NCBI GenBank assembly: GCA_963847705.1 | Contig: CAWKBC010000034.1 | Span: 64,001 to 128,000, forward strand | Direction: 5' to 3' | DNA length: 64,000 nucleotides | Source: an uncultured Pseudomonadota bacterium | Lineage (GTDB): Bacteria > Myxococcota_A > Polyangia > Fen-1088 | In this document: in pieces, positions 19,440 through 28,783 of the stretch | Numbering within the stretch: position 1 is the first letter of the stretch | How the letters are laid out: each line of letters starts with the position of its first letter | The notes under the pieces: model-generated | Told to the model about the DNA's origin: nothing | Database searches by the model: none | Seen by the model: only the letters and a program-made list of their open reading frames with translations | Made by a program: the position numbers and the translations under genes

Positions 19440-20102
19440 CTAAGTCTCGGGCGCCGTTCGCTTGCGTCCCAGGAAGGCGCCGAAGAGCCCGCCGGTGGTC
19501 AGGATCGCCACCGAGGCCAGCAGCGTCCCGTAGGTTGCCAACACCACCGCCGTCCGAAACGGCTCCCGAAAGGGTGACGGCGGCGCCACGTGGACCGAGA
19601 GGACGCCACCCCGGACCGACGCGCGATCGCGCAGATGCTCGAGCTGCGTTTGCAACTTGTGCTCCCGGTCCTTTTGCGTCGAGAGATCGGCGAGGAGCGC
19701 CAGCGAGCCGACATACTCGCCGTTCGGATCGAACACCGGGTTGGCCGACCCGAGCACCCAGACGGTCGAACCGTCCTTGCGCAACAGCTCGACCTCCTGC
19801 CGATCTTCGATCCCCAGCGCGCGCCGTCTCAAGTTGCGCTGCGCGGCGGGCCATCGCGCGCGATCGATGAAGGAAAAGATCGAAGTCCCGAGCATCTCCC
19901 GCTCCGTGTAGCCGAGCAGATCGGCCAGCCGGCGGTTCACGAACGTGGTTCGGGCCTCGGCGTCTATCAACCAGATCCCCTCGGTGGTCGTCTCCAACAC
20001 CAGATCGGCCACCATACGGCGAACCGTCGCCGAGACGGGCGGGAGATCGCCCGTCGCACCGAGTGAACCTGGCCTGAGCCGCGAGCTGCTGTCGTCGTCC
20101 AT
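19440..20102 (-). CDS. PAS-domain protein with C-terminal TM helix and no output domain
   Basis: EGIWLID...FVNRRLADLLGYT..EMLG...RKDGSTVWV PAS/PAC pattern. Confidence 0.8.
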   Translation of the reverse strand: MDDDSSSRLRPGSLGATGDLPPVSATVRRMVADLVLETTTEGIWLIDAEARTTFVNRRLADLLGYTEREMLGTSIFSFIDRARWPAAQRNLRRRALGIEDRQEVELLRKDGSTVWVLGSANPVFDPNGEYVGSLALLADLSTQKDREHKLQTQLEHLRDRASVRGGVLSVHVAPPSPFREPFRTAVVLATYGTLLASVAILTTGGLFGAFLGRKRTAPET

Positions 20103-20169
20103 GCGCCGCCCCGATGATGACACATCGGATCAACCTGGGCGCTCCAAGGATTTCGGTGAGCGCGGTGGC

Positions 20170-21651
20170 TCAGACCTTCAATTGGATCTGGGTGACGAAG
20201 ACGGTGGCGCTCTGGGTGAACACCCCTGGCGGTGTCGTGTTGGGAGGGAGACCGGAGCTGAGCTGATCGCGCGTGAGGTCGAGCAGCAGGCGCACGTGCG
20301 CGGTGAAGTCGAGGTTGAGCGCGCCGGACAGGAGGTAGCGCTGCCCCCCCGACTGCTGGCGATCGGCGTCCAGCCATTCGAAGCGCACCGTGGGCATGGC
20401 CAGGACGTGGGCGACGGGGAACCGCACCGCGACGATCCCCCAGGCGGCCATGAACGTGCGGGCGTCACCCCGATAGGAGATGTCGGTGCGATCTCCCCAC
20501 AACCACTCCCCGCGCAGCTCGAGGAGCTCGTTGGAGTAGGTCGCGTCGGCGCTGGTGGCCCTGCCCGACGACACCTGGCTCTGCGGCGGAAGATCGACCG
20601 CCGGGGTGCCGTTGGGGCGCCAGGCGACGTCGGCGCCGAGCGAGAGGTGCTTGAGCGGCCGCGACATCAGCCGCGCGGTCAGCAGCAGCGACGGCGCCGC
20701 CAGGTCGGGGCCGGTGTTCGCGTTGCCGGTGGTCCCGGGCAACCCCTCGGCGCCCTCGCCGGCGCCGCCGAACGCGCCCAGATAGACGTGCAACCAGCGC
20801 CGCTTGGGGAGCGGGTTGACGCGCACCATCGCGCCGGCGTCGCGGCCGCCGAACTGCGTGTCCTTGATCAGATTGTCGGTGGGACCGGTGTCGGCCAGCT
20901 CGTACTCGGCGATGGGGAGCAGCTCCAGCAGCGAGTAGGTCCGCTTGAACAGGCCGAAGGTGAGCTCGAAGCGCTTGATCGGCTTGATCTCGCCGTAGGC
21001 CAGCTTCAAGGCCTGCTGCGGGTTCGAATAGGCGAACTCGGCGAAGTCGACCAGCAGCTTGGCCGAGAGCCACCTGTAGGGGTGCACCACGGCCCGCAGG
21101 AAGGCCCGGTTCAGCGCGAACCCGTCGTTGGTCTCGGCGTCCGTGACGCTGGCGTCGTCGAAGACGCGCGTGTACCGGGTCTGCAGCAGCAACCGAAAGG
21201 CGAAGCCCTTCGTCTTGGGGCCGTTCTCCGGCTCGTCGCCGAACGCGTCCCCCTTGGCGTTCGGCCGGGGCGCCAGCTCCTGGTATTCCTCTTCCTCTTC
21301 GTCCGCAGCGGCAGCGTGCTTCTTCTTGCTCTCTTTCGAGATCGCCTTGGCGCTCTCGGTGCTGCTCTCCTCGGTGCTCTCTTCGGGGGCCTCGATCACC
21401 GTGGGCGCCAGTGCCGGTGTCGCCGCAGGCGGGGAAACAGGCGGGACGGGAGGCGGGACAGGCTCCGTCGGCGGTGGGCCCGCGTCGGGCTCCGAGGCCA
21501 CGCCTCCGTCTGGCGCAGACGGCTGCAACGGAGGTGCTCCGAGGTCGGCGTCGGGGGGCGCGCTCGAATCGGCGTCGTCTCGCGCCAGCGCCGGCCCGCC
21601 GAACGCCACCATGGAAGTGAGCAGGAACACAACCTGAAGCAAGAGGCGCAC
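20170..21651 (-). CDS. outer-membrane porin (OprO/P-like beta-barrel)
   Basis: Signal peptide, Pro-rich linker, alternating beta-strands (LLQTRY, F.LNRA.L, GRDAG), C-terminal QIQLKV. Confidence 0.7.
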   Translation of the reverse strand: MRLLLQVVFLLTSMVAFGGPALARDDADSSAPPDADLGAPPLQPSAPDGGVASEPDAGPPPTEPVPPPVPPVSPPAATPALAPTVIEAPEESTEESSTESAKAISKESKKKHAAAADEEEEEYQELAPRPNAKGDAFGDEPENGPKTKGFAFRLLLQTRYTRVFDDASVTDAETNDGFALNRAFLRAVVHPYRWLSAKLLVDFAEFAYSNPQQALKLAYGEIKPIKRFELTFGLFKRTYSLLELLPIAEYELADTGPTDNLIKDTQFGGRDAGAMVRVNPLPKRRWLHVYLGAFGGAGEGAEGLPGTTGNANTGPDLAAPSLLLTARLMSRPLKHLSLGADVAWRPNGTPAVDLPPQSQVSSGRATSADATYSNELLELRGEWLWGDRTDISYRGDARTFMAAWGIVAVRFPVAHVLAMPTVRFEWLDADRQQSGGQRYLLSGALNLDFTAHVRLLLDLTRDQLSSGLPPNTTPPGVFTQSATVFVTQIQLKV

Positions 21652-21706
21652 GCATCCGAACTAAGAATCAGCGCCGCCGAAGCAAGGGGCTCCTCGCTCC
21701 GGTTGG

Positions 21707-23164
21707 TCAGAATCGAACCAAGAACTGCGCGGGCACCAGCAGGCCGGTCTGCCCGGAGCTGTAGACATAGAGCGCGCTGGTGTAGGGGCAGTTCTTGATC
21801 CCGATCGCCTCGACGCTGAGCCAGACCTGCCGGGTGGCAAAAGGGTACCAGTGGGCGCCGACCGCACCCTCGACGGCGGTGGCGAACGGACCTGCCACCA
21901 AGGAGCTCCGGAGGTACGGCTCCAATCTCTTTGGAAGGGCGAAGTATCCCAGCGAGGCGTCGAAGCCCCAGTCGAACATGCTGGTGATCGGCAGCGGCCC
22001 GTCGGCCTCGAAGTTGTCCAGCCAACGAAACGCGAACTCGGCGTTGAGCGCGAAGCCCCGATATTTGAGACCGGCGTCGACGGCGTAGAGGTAGTAGCTG
22101 GCCAGCGAGACGGTGACGTTGGGCGCCAGCGTGCCCGTTCCGAACAGCAGGGTGCCGTCCGATATGTACGTCGAGTTGTTCTCCGGGTTGGCCTCCGACA
22201 GATCGGAGAGGCGATCCTCGCGCGCGTAGGTGAAGGCGGTGCCGAGGCGCAAGGAGGGCGACTGGTGGTGCTCGTAGTCGTTCCAGGCCTTGCCGAAGCT
22301 GTTGATGTCGTACCAGAGCGAGACGGCGTAGGCGAACCGGTAGTCGATCCGCGAGGCGGCGATGTTGAGCGTGTTGAGCGAGTTGCCGATCATCGCGATG
22401 TAGTTGAGGCCGGGAAGCGGCTCGCCGGTGGCCCAGACGCCCTGGGTAAATCCGGGACGAAAGTAGTTCACCTCCATGCTGCGATCGGTGCCTGCAAAAT
22501 AGGGGTAGGTGCCGGTCATGGCGCGCAGGCTGGGCAACGAAAAGAAACCCGCCTGGAGCGCGAAGGCCTTGTGGAACCGATACCCGACAAACCCGGCCGC
22601 CGCGGCCGTCAGGTCAGCCGACGAGGTGTAGAGGATGATGTTGTACTCGAGCCGTTTGTCGAAGACGTAGCCCGAGAAGTAGAAGACGTCGCGCGTGAGC
22701 TGAAAGTCGTTGCGCTTGTTGACGTCCTTCACCTCGCCGAGGTGGGTGACGTAGGTCGGGTGCACCGCCAGCGTGTTGGTGTACTTGAACTGGGACACGT
22801 GATTGAGCTTCAGCAGATAGGGCAGCGGCGCCGAGTCCGGGCTGGAGACCAAGACGAACCCTTCGTCGTAGTGCGGTGGCTGCCAGATCCCGACCGGCTT
22901 GTTGACGTCGGCAGGCTTCTGCTCTGACGGCGCCGGCGAAGGCGCGGCCGGCAGTGCCTGCGTGGAGATGCCGGACGTCGTGGGCGAGGCGGGCGCCGCG
23001 GGCAACGGACTCGCCACCGGCGCGACGGGTCCATCCGCTGGCGCGCCAGCATCGGACGTCGCCGCCGGAGGGCTCGTCGGCCTACCTGCGTCGAGATCCC
23101 CCGGCGCTCCCGCTTGCGCCACCATCGCCGAGAGCAGCAGCGCGGCCCCCAACGCCGCGGTCAC
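21707..23164 (-). CDS. putative outer-membrane beta-barrel/porin
   Basis: GTG start overlaps the patatin stop (GTGA); signal peptide, Pro-rich linker, aromatic-rich strands, terminal Phe. Confidence 0.65.
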   Translation of the reverse strand: MTAALGAALLLSAMVAQAGAPGDLDAGRPTSPPAATSDAGAPADGPVAPVASPLPAAPASPTTSGISTQALPAAPSPAPSEQKPADVNKPVGIWQPPHYDEGFVLVSSPDSAPLPYLLKLNHVSQFKYTNTLAVHPTYVTHLGEVKDVNKRNDFQLTRDVFYFSGYVFDKRLEYNIILYTSSADLTAAAAGFVGYRFHKAFALQAGFFSLPSLRAMTGTYPYFAGTDRSMEVNYFRPGFTQGVWATGEPLPGLNYIAMIGNSLNTLNIAASRIDYRFAYAVSLWYDINSFGKAWNDYEHHQSPSLRLGTAFTYAREDRLSDLSEANPENNSTYISDGTLLFGTGTLAPNVTVSLASYYLYAVDAGLKYRGFALNAEFAFRWLDNFEADGPLPITSMFDWGFDASLGYFALPKRLEPYLRSSLVAGPFATAVEGAVGAHWYPFATRQVWLSVEAIGIKNCPYTSALYVYSSGQTGLLVPAQFLVRF

Positions 23165-24363
23165 GACGGCCGTCCCGAGCCGATCTGCGCGCCGTCGTCG
23201 GCCACCTCGTCCGCGAACGGTTGATCGAGCGGGAGCCCGACGCCGTCCATCTCCGCGAGGAAGGCGGTGGCCCGGGCCTCTCCGTCGGCGATCAACCGGT
23301 CGATGTGCGCGGGGAGGCGCGACATCTTGCTCGGGTAGTCCAGCGTCTCCTGCAGCTCCTGCGACATGCGGATGAAGCGCACGGTGATCCGCTCCGTCGT
23401 GTCGAGCCCGAAGCTGGTGCGGAAGCCAGGCGTGAGCGCGCCTTCTTTCAGCAGCATGTTCACCATGTCGATCACCTCCAGCTCGTGCTGGAGGCTCAGG
23501 TTTCCGGCCAGATCGTTGCGGCGATCGGAGATCTCGCTCGGTGCCTCGGGGACCCCCTGCCGCTTCGTGCGATTGACCTGAATGACCCAGATCTCGTCGG
23601 GGATCTTCCCCTTCCCCATCAGCGCCGCCCGCAAGAAGGAGATCACGGGTGGGTTCGAGGCGAAGATGCCGTCCCAGTAGGCGTGCCCTCCGATCTGCAC
23701 CGCCGGAAACAGGTTCGGGATCGCGGCCGAGGCGAGCACGGCCTCGACGGAGATCTCGCTCAGCGCGGAGCTGAAGATCTTGAAGCTCCCTTCGAGAATG
23801 TCCCCCGCCCCGAGCAGCAGCGTCGGGCTCTCCGAATCGACGAGCCCGGGGAGCGCCTGGAAGTCGATGTGCTTGGCCAGCAACGCGCGCAAATCTGTAA
23901 ACTCCTGACGACCGATCAGCAGCGAGGTTGCCCCCGCCCACAGCTGGAACTGCAGCGACGAGGGGCTCCTGGCGATGGTCGGCAAGAGCCCATGCTCGGC
24001 CAGCCGGACCATCTGGGTGCAGACCCCGTCGAGGAGGACCTCGCGCGGCGTCTGCGCCGACAGATCCTTCCAGCAGGCGATGATCCGATCTTCGATGGGC
24101 GTCCGATCGCCGCGCGCCCGCAGCAGAAGTCCCACCCAGGCCAGGGCCGCCGTGAGGGCGCCGCCCGAGGTTCCGCTCAGCCCGACGATCTTGAATCGAT
24201 CCTGAACTCCCCGCCCGAACAGGGTCTTGAGCGCGCCGGCGACGAAGGCGCACTGACTCCCCCCGCCCTGACAAGCGATGGCGATACGTTTGTTTCCCAC
24301 AGGTCTCCTCTGTAAGCCGTCGGATGGACCGTTCCCTTGTGGGGTCGCCACCCGCTCTGTCAA
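23161..24363 (-). CDS. patatin-like phospholipase/esterase
   Basis: CQGGGS oxyanion loop, GTSGG nucleophile, ASAAIP, WDG. Confidence 0.92.
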   Translation of the reverse strand: MTERVATPQGNGPSDGLQRRPVGNKRIAIACQGGGSQCAFVAGALKTLFGRGVQDRFKIVGLSGTSGGALTAALAWVGLLLRARGDRTPIEDRIIACWKDLSAQTPREVLLDGVCTQMVRLAEHGLLPTIARSPSSLQFQLWAGATSLLIGRQEFTDLRALLAKHIDFQALPGLVDSESPTLLLGAGDILEGSFKIFSSALSEISVEAVLASAAIPNLFPAVQIGGHAYWDGIFASNPPVISFLRAALMGKGKIPDEIWVIQVNRTKRQGVPEAPSEISDRRNDLAGNLSLQHELEVIDMVNMLLKEGALTPGFRTSFGLDTTERITVRFIRMSQELQETLDYPSKMSRLPAHIDRLIADGEARATAFLAEMDGVGLPLDQPFADEVADDGAQIGSGRPS

Positions 24364-24509
24364 CGCGGGCGGGTGACATTGCGCCGAAGGATGACGTTAG
24401 CGGTGGTTGCCCTACTGGTCGTTGGGCAGGTCCGACGCCATTGTTTGGCGGGCCAGCTGATCCACGGAAGTCGTGAGCTCCCGAGAGCCCTAATGACAAG
24501 GAGGGGTAC

Positions 24510-24929
24510 ATGAGTGACCAAATGTTCGACACGTTTCGCAAGGCGTCCGAGTCCTGGGTGAAGATGCAGCAGGACCTGTTTCAAACCGGCGCGCCGGCGT
24601 CGTTTTTCACTCCGCCCCAGGGGGCGGGCGTCGCGCCCGAATGGGCCCGCAACGCCCAGAAGAAATGCATCGATCTGGCGGCGGAGATCCTGGAACGGCA
24701 GCGTGAGTCGGTCGACGCGCTGTTCAAGTCGTCGATCAACCTGCTGCAGCAGACATCGCAGATCTCCGAAGCGAAGTCGTCGGAGGACTATCGCCGCGCG
24801 GCGGAGGATCTCTGGCGCAAGTGGTTCGAGAGCGTCAAGAGCCACTCTGAGACCCAGTTCCGGGACGTTCAGACGTTCGCGGGGAAGTCGCTGGAGATCG
24901 TTCAAAGCGCGCAGAATGCGCAGGCCTGA
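24510..24929 (+). CDS. phasin-like helical protein (paralog 1)
   Basis: AAGGAGG RBS; all-helical Q/E/K-rich sequence, EAKSSED; first gene of the pha cluster; clearly paralogous to 25103..25513. Confidence 0.65.
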   Translation: MSDQMFDTFRKASESWVKMQQDLFQTGAPASFFTPPQGAGVAPEWARNAQKKCIDLAAEILERQRESVDALFKSSINLLQQTSQISEAKSSEDYRRAAEDLWRKWFESVKSHSETQFRDVQTFAGKSLEIVQSAQNAQA

Positions 24930-25003
24930 GGCCGCCTATCGGGCGGCACCTCGTCGGGGCATGGTTCGCTTCGCTCACCGTTCGCCTTTCGGCGACGCTC
25001 TCC
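24924..25003. repeat. dispersed palindromic (REP-like) element, copy 2 (inverted)
   Basis: Reverse complement GGAGAGCGTCGCCGAAAGGCGAACGGTGAGCGAAGCGAAC...GCCGCCCGATAGGCGGCCTCAGGC matches 3157-3242. Confidence 0.8.
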
Positions 25004-25102
25004 CAGGAAATCGGTAGTTCTCCCTAATTGCGGTCCCACTTCCTGCCCTTACCATCCGAGCCGCCAACGACGATCACCCACCGCAAACGAATCGGAGAGG
25101 CC

Positions 25103-25513
25103 ATGGACGACCAACTTTTCGACAGCTTCCGCAAAGCTTCGGAGTCCTCGCTGCACATGCAGCAGGAGATCCTGAAGCACTGGACCGAGCGCTGGGCCGC
25201 CGGCGCTCTCCAGACCCCGAACGCCTCCAGCGAGGCGAGTCAACGCGCTCAGAAACGCTGGCTGGCGCTGGGGATCGAGCTGCTCAACAAGCACCGGGCG
25301 GCGCTCGATGGAACGTACGCCGCCGGCATCCAGCTCATCGAGCGCTCCTTTGCCGCGGCGGAGGCCAGATCGCCCGAGGAGTACCGGCGCCTGACCGAGG
25401 AGCTCTGGCGCAAGTTGTTCGACACCTACAAGAGCCAGGCCGAAGCGCAGTTCGACGCCTTCAAGAACTGGTCCACCAAGTCGGCCGAAGCCGTTCAAGA
25501 TGCCCGAACGTAG
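25103..25513 (+). CDS. phasin-like helical protein (paralog 2)
   Basis: MDDQLFDSFRKASES..MQQ..EARSPEEYRR..EELWRK aligns with paralog 1. Confidence 0.65.
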   Translation: MDDQLFDSFRKASESSLHMQQEILKHWTERWAAGALQTPNASSEASQRAQKRWLALGIELLNKHRAALDGTYAAGIQLIERSFAAAEARSPEEYRRLTEELWRKLFDTYKSQAEAQFDAFKNWSTKSAEAVQDART

Positions 25514-25760
25514 CCACCCCGCTGCCTACGTCGAACAGTGGTTCGACTCGTGGCGCAACGCCAGCGCACTCGGGTGGGACTACCTGGAGACGCTGTGCGG
25601 CCTTCGCCCGCCGCAACGCCTGCGAAACCGCCTGCTCGCGGAGGCCAGGCAGACGGCGGCCGAGTACCTGAGGTCCCCCGCCTTCCTCGAATTGATGCGC
25701 GTGAACTTGAGCGCAATGACCATTTCCAGCCGTTTGATCCAGCCATTCCGAATCCACTAG
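25500..25760 (+). CDS. small protein, possible minimal PhaE-like synthase subunit
   Basis: 86 aa, overlaps the upstream stop; EYLRSPAFLELMR is reminiscent of PhaE-type helices; lies between phasins and phaB. Confidence 0.5.
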   Translation: MPERSHPAAYVEQWFDSWRNASALGWDYLETLCGLRPPQRLRNRLLAEARQTAAEYLRSPAFLELMRVNLSAMTISSRLIQPFRIH

Positions 25761-25770
25761 GAGTCTTTCC

Positions 25771-26562
25771 ATGACCGTCGCGTTTCGAGAAGCCGCATCG
25801 AACCTGCTTCCGATCTTCAGTGTGTTGGGGAAGAAGGCCTTCGTCACCGGGGGCTCGCGCGGCATAGGCCGGGCCTGCGCCCTGACCCTGGCCGCCGCCG
25901 GCGCCGACGTGGCCATCGGCTCGAGCGCCGCCGGCGTCGAGTCGGCCGAGGCGGTCTGCCGCGAGATCCGCGAGCTGGGACGGCGCGCCGACGCCTACCC
26001 CTGCGACGTGGGGACCCGCGGCGCGGTGAAGACGATGTGCGCCCGCGTGACCGAGGAGTTCGAGACCATCGACATCCTGGTGAACAACGCCGGCGTCACC
26101 AGAGATGGCCTCTTTCGCAAGATGGACCGCGAGGCCTGGGACACGGTGATCAACACCAACCTCAACAGCGTCTTCGAGATCACGCAAAACTTCATCGAGC
26201 CGATGGCCGCGCGCGGATGGGGGCGGGTCATCAACATCTCCAGCATCGTCGGCCAGATCGGCAACTTCGGTCAGGCCAACTACGCCGCCGCCAAGGCCGG
26301 GCTCATCGGGCTGACCAAGACGCTGGCCCGCGAGTACGCCCGCAAGGGCGTCACCGTGAACGCCATCGCGCCCGGCTTCGTCAAGACGCGCATGCTCGAC
26401 GGCGTCCCCGACAAGGCGCTGCAGTCGGTCCTCGACATCACGCCGGTGGGGCGGCTGGGGGAGCCGATGGAGATCGGGGCCAGCGTCCTCTACCTCGCTT
26501 CGCCGTCGGCCAGCTTCGTCACCGGTCACGTGCTGGACGTCAACGGCGGCATGGCGATGTAG
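25771..26562 (+). CDS. phaB: acetoacetyl-CoA reductase (SDR)
   Basis: TGGSRGIG, NNAGVTRD, GNFGQANYAAAKAG; adjacent to phaC. Confidence 0.85.
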   Translation: MTVAFREAASNLLPIFSVLGKKAFVTGGSRGIGRACALTLAAAGADVAIGSSAAGVESAEAVCREIRELGRRADAYPCDVGTRGAVKTMCARVTEEFETIDILVNNAGVTRDGLFRKMDREAWDTVINTNLNSVFEITQNFIEPMAARGWGRVINISSIVGQIGNFGQANYAAAKAGLIGLTKTLAREYARKGVTVNAIAPGFVKTRMLDGVPDKALQSVLDITPVGRLGEPMEIGASVLYLASPSASFVTGHVLDVNGGMAM

Positions 26563-26616
26563 CGACGGAACCATCGGGACGCACTCGGGCGAGGGGAAAG
26601 CCAGCTGGCGACGACG

Positions 26617-27771
26617 ATGGCGACGACGACGGCGACGACAGAGCCGACGGCGAAGGACGACCAGGGTCCGCCTCCGCTGTTCGCCGAACAGCGGAAGATG
26701 TGGAGTCGGCTGTGGAGCGTTCCCAGCGTCTTCCGGCAGGCGCGCGAGACGCGGGTCGGCACCTCCGCCGCGGAGGTGGTGCTCAGGGAGGGGACGCACA
26801 AGCTGCTCCACTACCGGCGGGAGACGCCGGCCAGCTACGCCGAGCCGGTGCTGTTCTGTTACGCGCTGGTCAACCGCCCTTACATCCTCGACCTGCAGCC
26901 GGACAAGAGCGTCGTTCAGCAGTACTTGAAGCAGGGCTTCGAGGTCTACCTGATCGACTGGGGCGTCCCCACCGACGCCGACCGCGGCCTCGGCCTCGAG
27001 CACTACGTCTGCGGATTTCTCCAGCGCGCGGTCGAGTGGATCCGCGAGCGCCAGGCGAGCGAGCGCCTGCATCTGCTCGGCTACTGCATGGGCGGGACGA
27101 TGGCCGCGCTCTTGACGGCGCTGCGCCCCGAGCTGGTCCGGTCGCTCACCTTGCTGGCGGCCCCCATCGACTTCGTGGGGCAGGAGGCGCTTCTCAATCT
27201 CTGGACCGACCGGAGCCACTTCGACGTCGACGCCCTGGTCGACGCCTACGGCAACTGCCCCGCCTGGTTTCTCCAGGCCTGCTTTCTCTTCATGAACCCC
27301 ATCGCCAACCTGATCGAAAAGAACCTCTCGTTCTACGAGCAGATGGACGATCCGCGCAGCATGACCAACCACTTCGCGCTCGAGAGCTGGGTCAACGACG
27401 GCATCCCCGTGGCCGGCGCGGCCTTTCGCGAGTTCGTCAAGAGCCTCTACCAGCGCAACCTGCTGGTGAAAGGCGAGCTGTCGCTGGGCGGCCGGCGGGT
27501 CGATCTCGCCCGCATCACCTGCCCGCTGCTGCTCTTGACCGCCAAGAACGATCACCTGGTCAACCCGGCGTCGACGGAAGGAATTCGCCCCCACGTCGGG
27601 ACGTCCGACATCGAATCGATGGAGATCGGCGCTGGCCACGTCGGCCTGGTGGTCAGCAGCCGTGCACACAAATCCTTCTGGCCTGCGGCGACGCGCTGGC
27701 TGGGCGACCGCTCGACACCGCTGCGCGGCGGCCGCGAACGCCACACGAACGCCAGCCAGACGAACACTTAG
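26617..27771 (+). CDS. phaC: class III PHA synthase subunit
   Basis: YALVNRPYILDLQP, IDWG, GYCMGG, AKNDHLV, GHVG; 384 aa, class III size. Confidence 0.92.
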   Translation: MATTTATTEPTAKDDQGPPPLFAEQRKMWSRLWSVPSVFRQARETRVGTSAAEVVLREGTHKLLHYRRETPASYAEPVLFCYALVNRPYILDLQPDKSVVQQYLKQGFEVYLIDWGVPTDADRGLGLEHYVCGFLQRAVEWIRERQASERLHLLGYCMGGTMAALLTALRPELVRSLTLLAAPIDFVGQEALLNLWTDRSHFDVDALVDAYGNCPAWFLQACFLFMNPIANLIEKNLSFYEQMDDPRSMTNHFALESWVNDGIPVAGAAFREFVKSLYQRNLLVKGELSLGGRRVDLARITCPLLLLTAKNDHLVNPASTEGIRPHVGTSDIESMEIGAGHVGLVVSSRAHKSFWPAATRWLGDRSTPLRGGRERHTNASQTNT

Positions 27772-27782
27772 GAGCATCAGCC

Positions 27783-28772
27783 ATGAGCATTCGGATTTCG
27801 GGCATCGGGGGGTACGTGCCAAGCAAGACGGTGACGAACCACGAGCTGGCGATGCGCATCGACACCTCGCACGAGTGGATCGCCGCCAAGACCGGGATCG
27901 TCGAGCGCCGGGTCTCGGACGAAAAGGAGGCGCCCAGCGACATGGGGTGTGAGGCGGCCCGGCGCTGCCTGGCCCACGCCGGAGTCGAGAAGTCGGAGGT
28001 CGACCTCATCGTGGTCGCCTGCGCCACCCCCGACCAGTCTCAGCCCGCCGTCGCCTGCATGGTCCAGGAGAAGCTGGGCGTGGCCGACCGCCAGTGTCCC
28101 GCGTTCGACGTGAACTCCGTCTGCGCCGGCTTCGTCTTTTCCCTCAACGTCGCGCAGAGCATGATGCTGACGGCGCCCACCAAGTATCGCCACGCGCTGG
28201 TGATCGGCACCGACGCCTTCTCCAAGATCATGAACTGGCACGATCGGCGGACCTGCGTCTTCTTCGGCGACGGCGCCGGGGCGGTGCTGCTGTCGCAGTC
28301 CGACGCGGGGCACGCCCGCATCCGGTTCCACCTGGGGAGCGACGGGCGCGGCAGCCGCCACATCGAGGTGCCGGGCGGCGGCACCCGGATGCCGATCAGC
28401 CCGGAGGTGCTGGAGAAGCGCCTCAACACCTTCGTCATGAACGGCCCCAAGGTCTGGGACTTCGCCGTCGACACAGTCCCGCGCGTCGTTCGTTCACTGC
28501 TGGCCGAGCACGACCTGACGCCCTCCGATCTCGACCTCATCGTCCTGCACCAGAGCAACCTCCGCATGCTGGAGGCGATCATGCGCTCGCTGGAGATCCC
28601 CATGGACCGGACGGTCACCACCGTCGAGACCTACGGCAACACCGCGGCGGCCAGCATCCCGTTGACGCTGCAGAAGGCTTCCCAGGCCGGGAAGCTGGTG
28701 CCGGGGTCGAAGGTCATGCTGTGCGGGTTCGGCGGCGGTCTCTCCTGGGGCGCGGCGCTGCTCGACTGGTGA
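27783..28772 (+). CDS. KAS III family condensing enzyme (FabH-like; candidate acetoacetyl-CoA synthase)
   Basis: Cys-His-Asn triad: FDVNSVCAG, LHQSN, YGNTAAAS; FGDGAG, FGGG. Confidence 0.9.
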   Translation: MSIRISGIGGYVPSKTVTNHELAMRIDTSHEWIAAKTGIVERRVSDEKEAPSDMGCEAARRCLAHAGVEKSEVDLIVVACATPDQSQPAVACMVQEKLGVADRQCPAFDVNSVCAGFVFSLNVAQSMMLTAPTKYRHALVIGTDAFSKIMNWHDRRTCVFFGDGAGAVLLSQSDAGHARIRFHLGSDGRGSRHIEVPGGGTRMPISPEVLEKRLNTFVMNGPKVWDFAVDTVPRVVRSLLAEHDLTPSDLDLIVLHQSNLRMLEAIMRSLEIPMDRTVTTVETYGNTAAASIPLTLQKASQAGKLVPGSKVMLCGFGGGLSWGAALLDW

Positions 28773-28783
28773 AGGAGGCCACC

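Noticed and set aside
21707-24541. 944-aa ORF as one protein
   Set aside because: The N-terminal half is an off-frame read-through of the patatin gene; the real gene begins at about 23164 with a signal peptide.
26037-28772. 911-aa ORF suggesting a PhaC-KAS III fusion
   Set aside because: Only the last 329 aa are KAS III, with its own RBS and ATG at 27783; phaC is in another frame and has its own stop.
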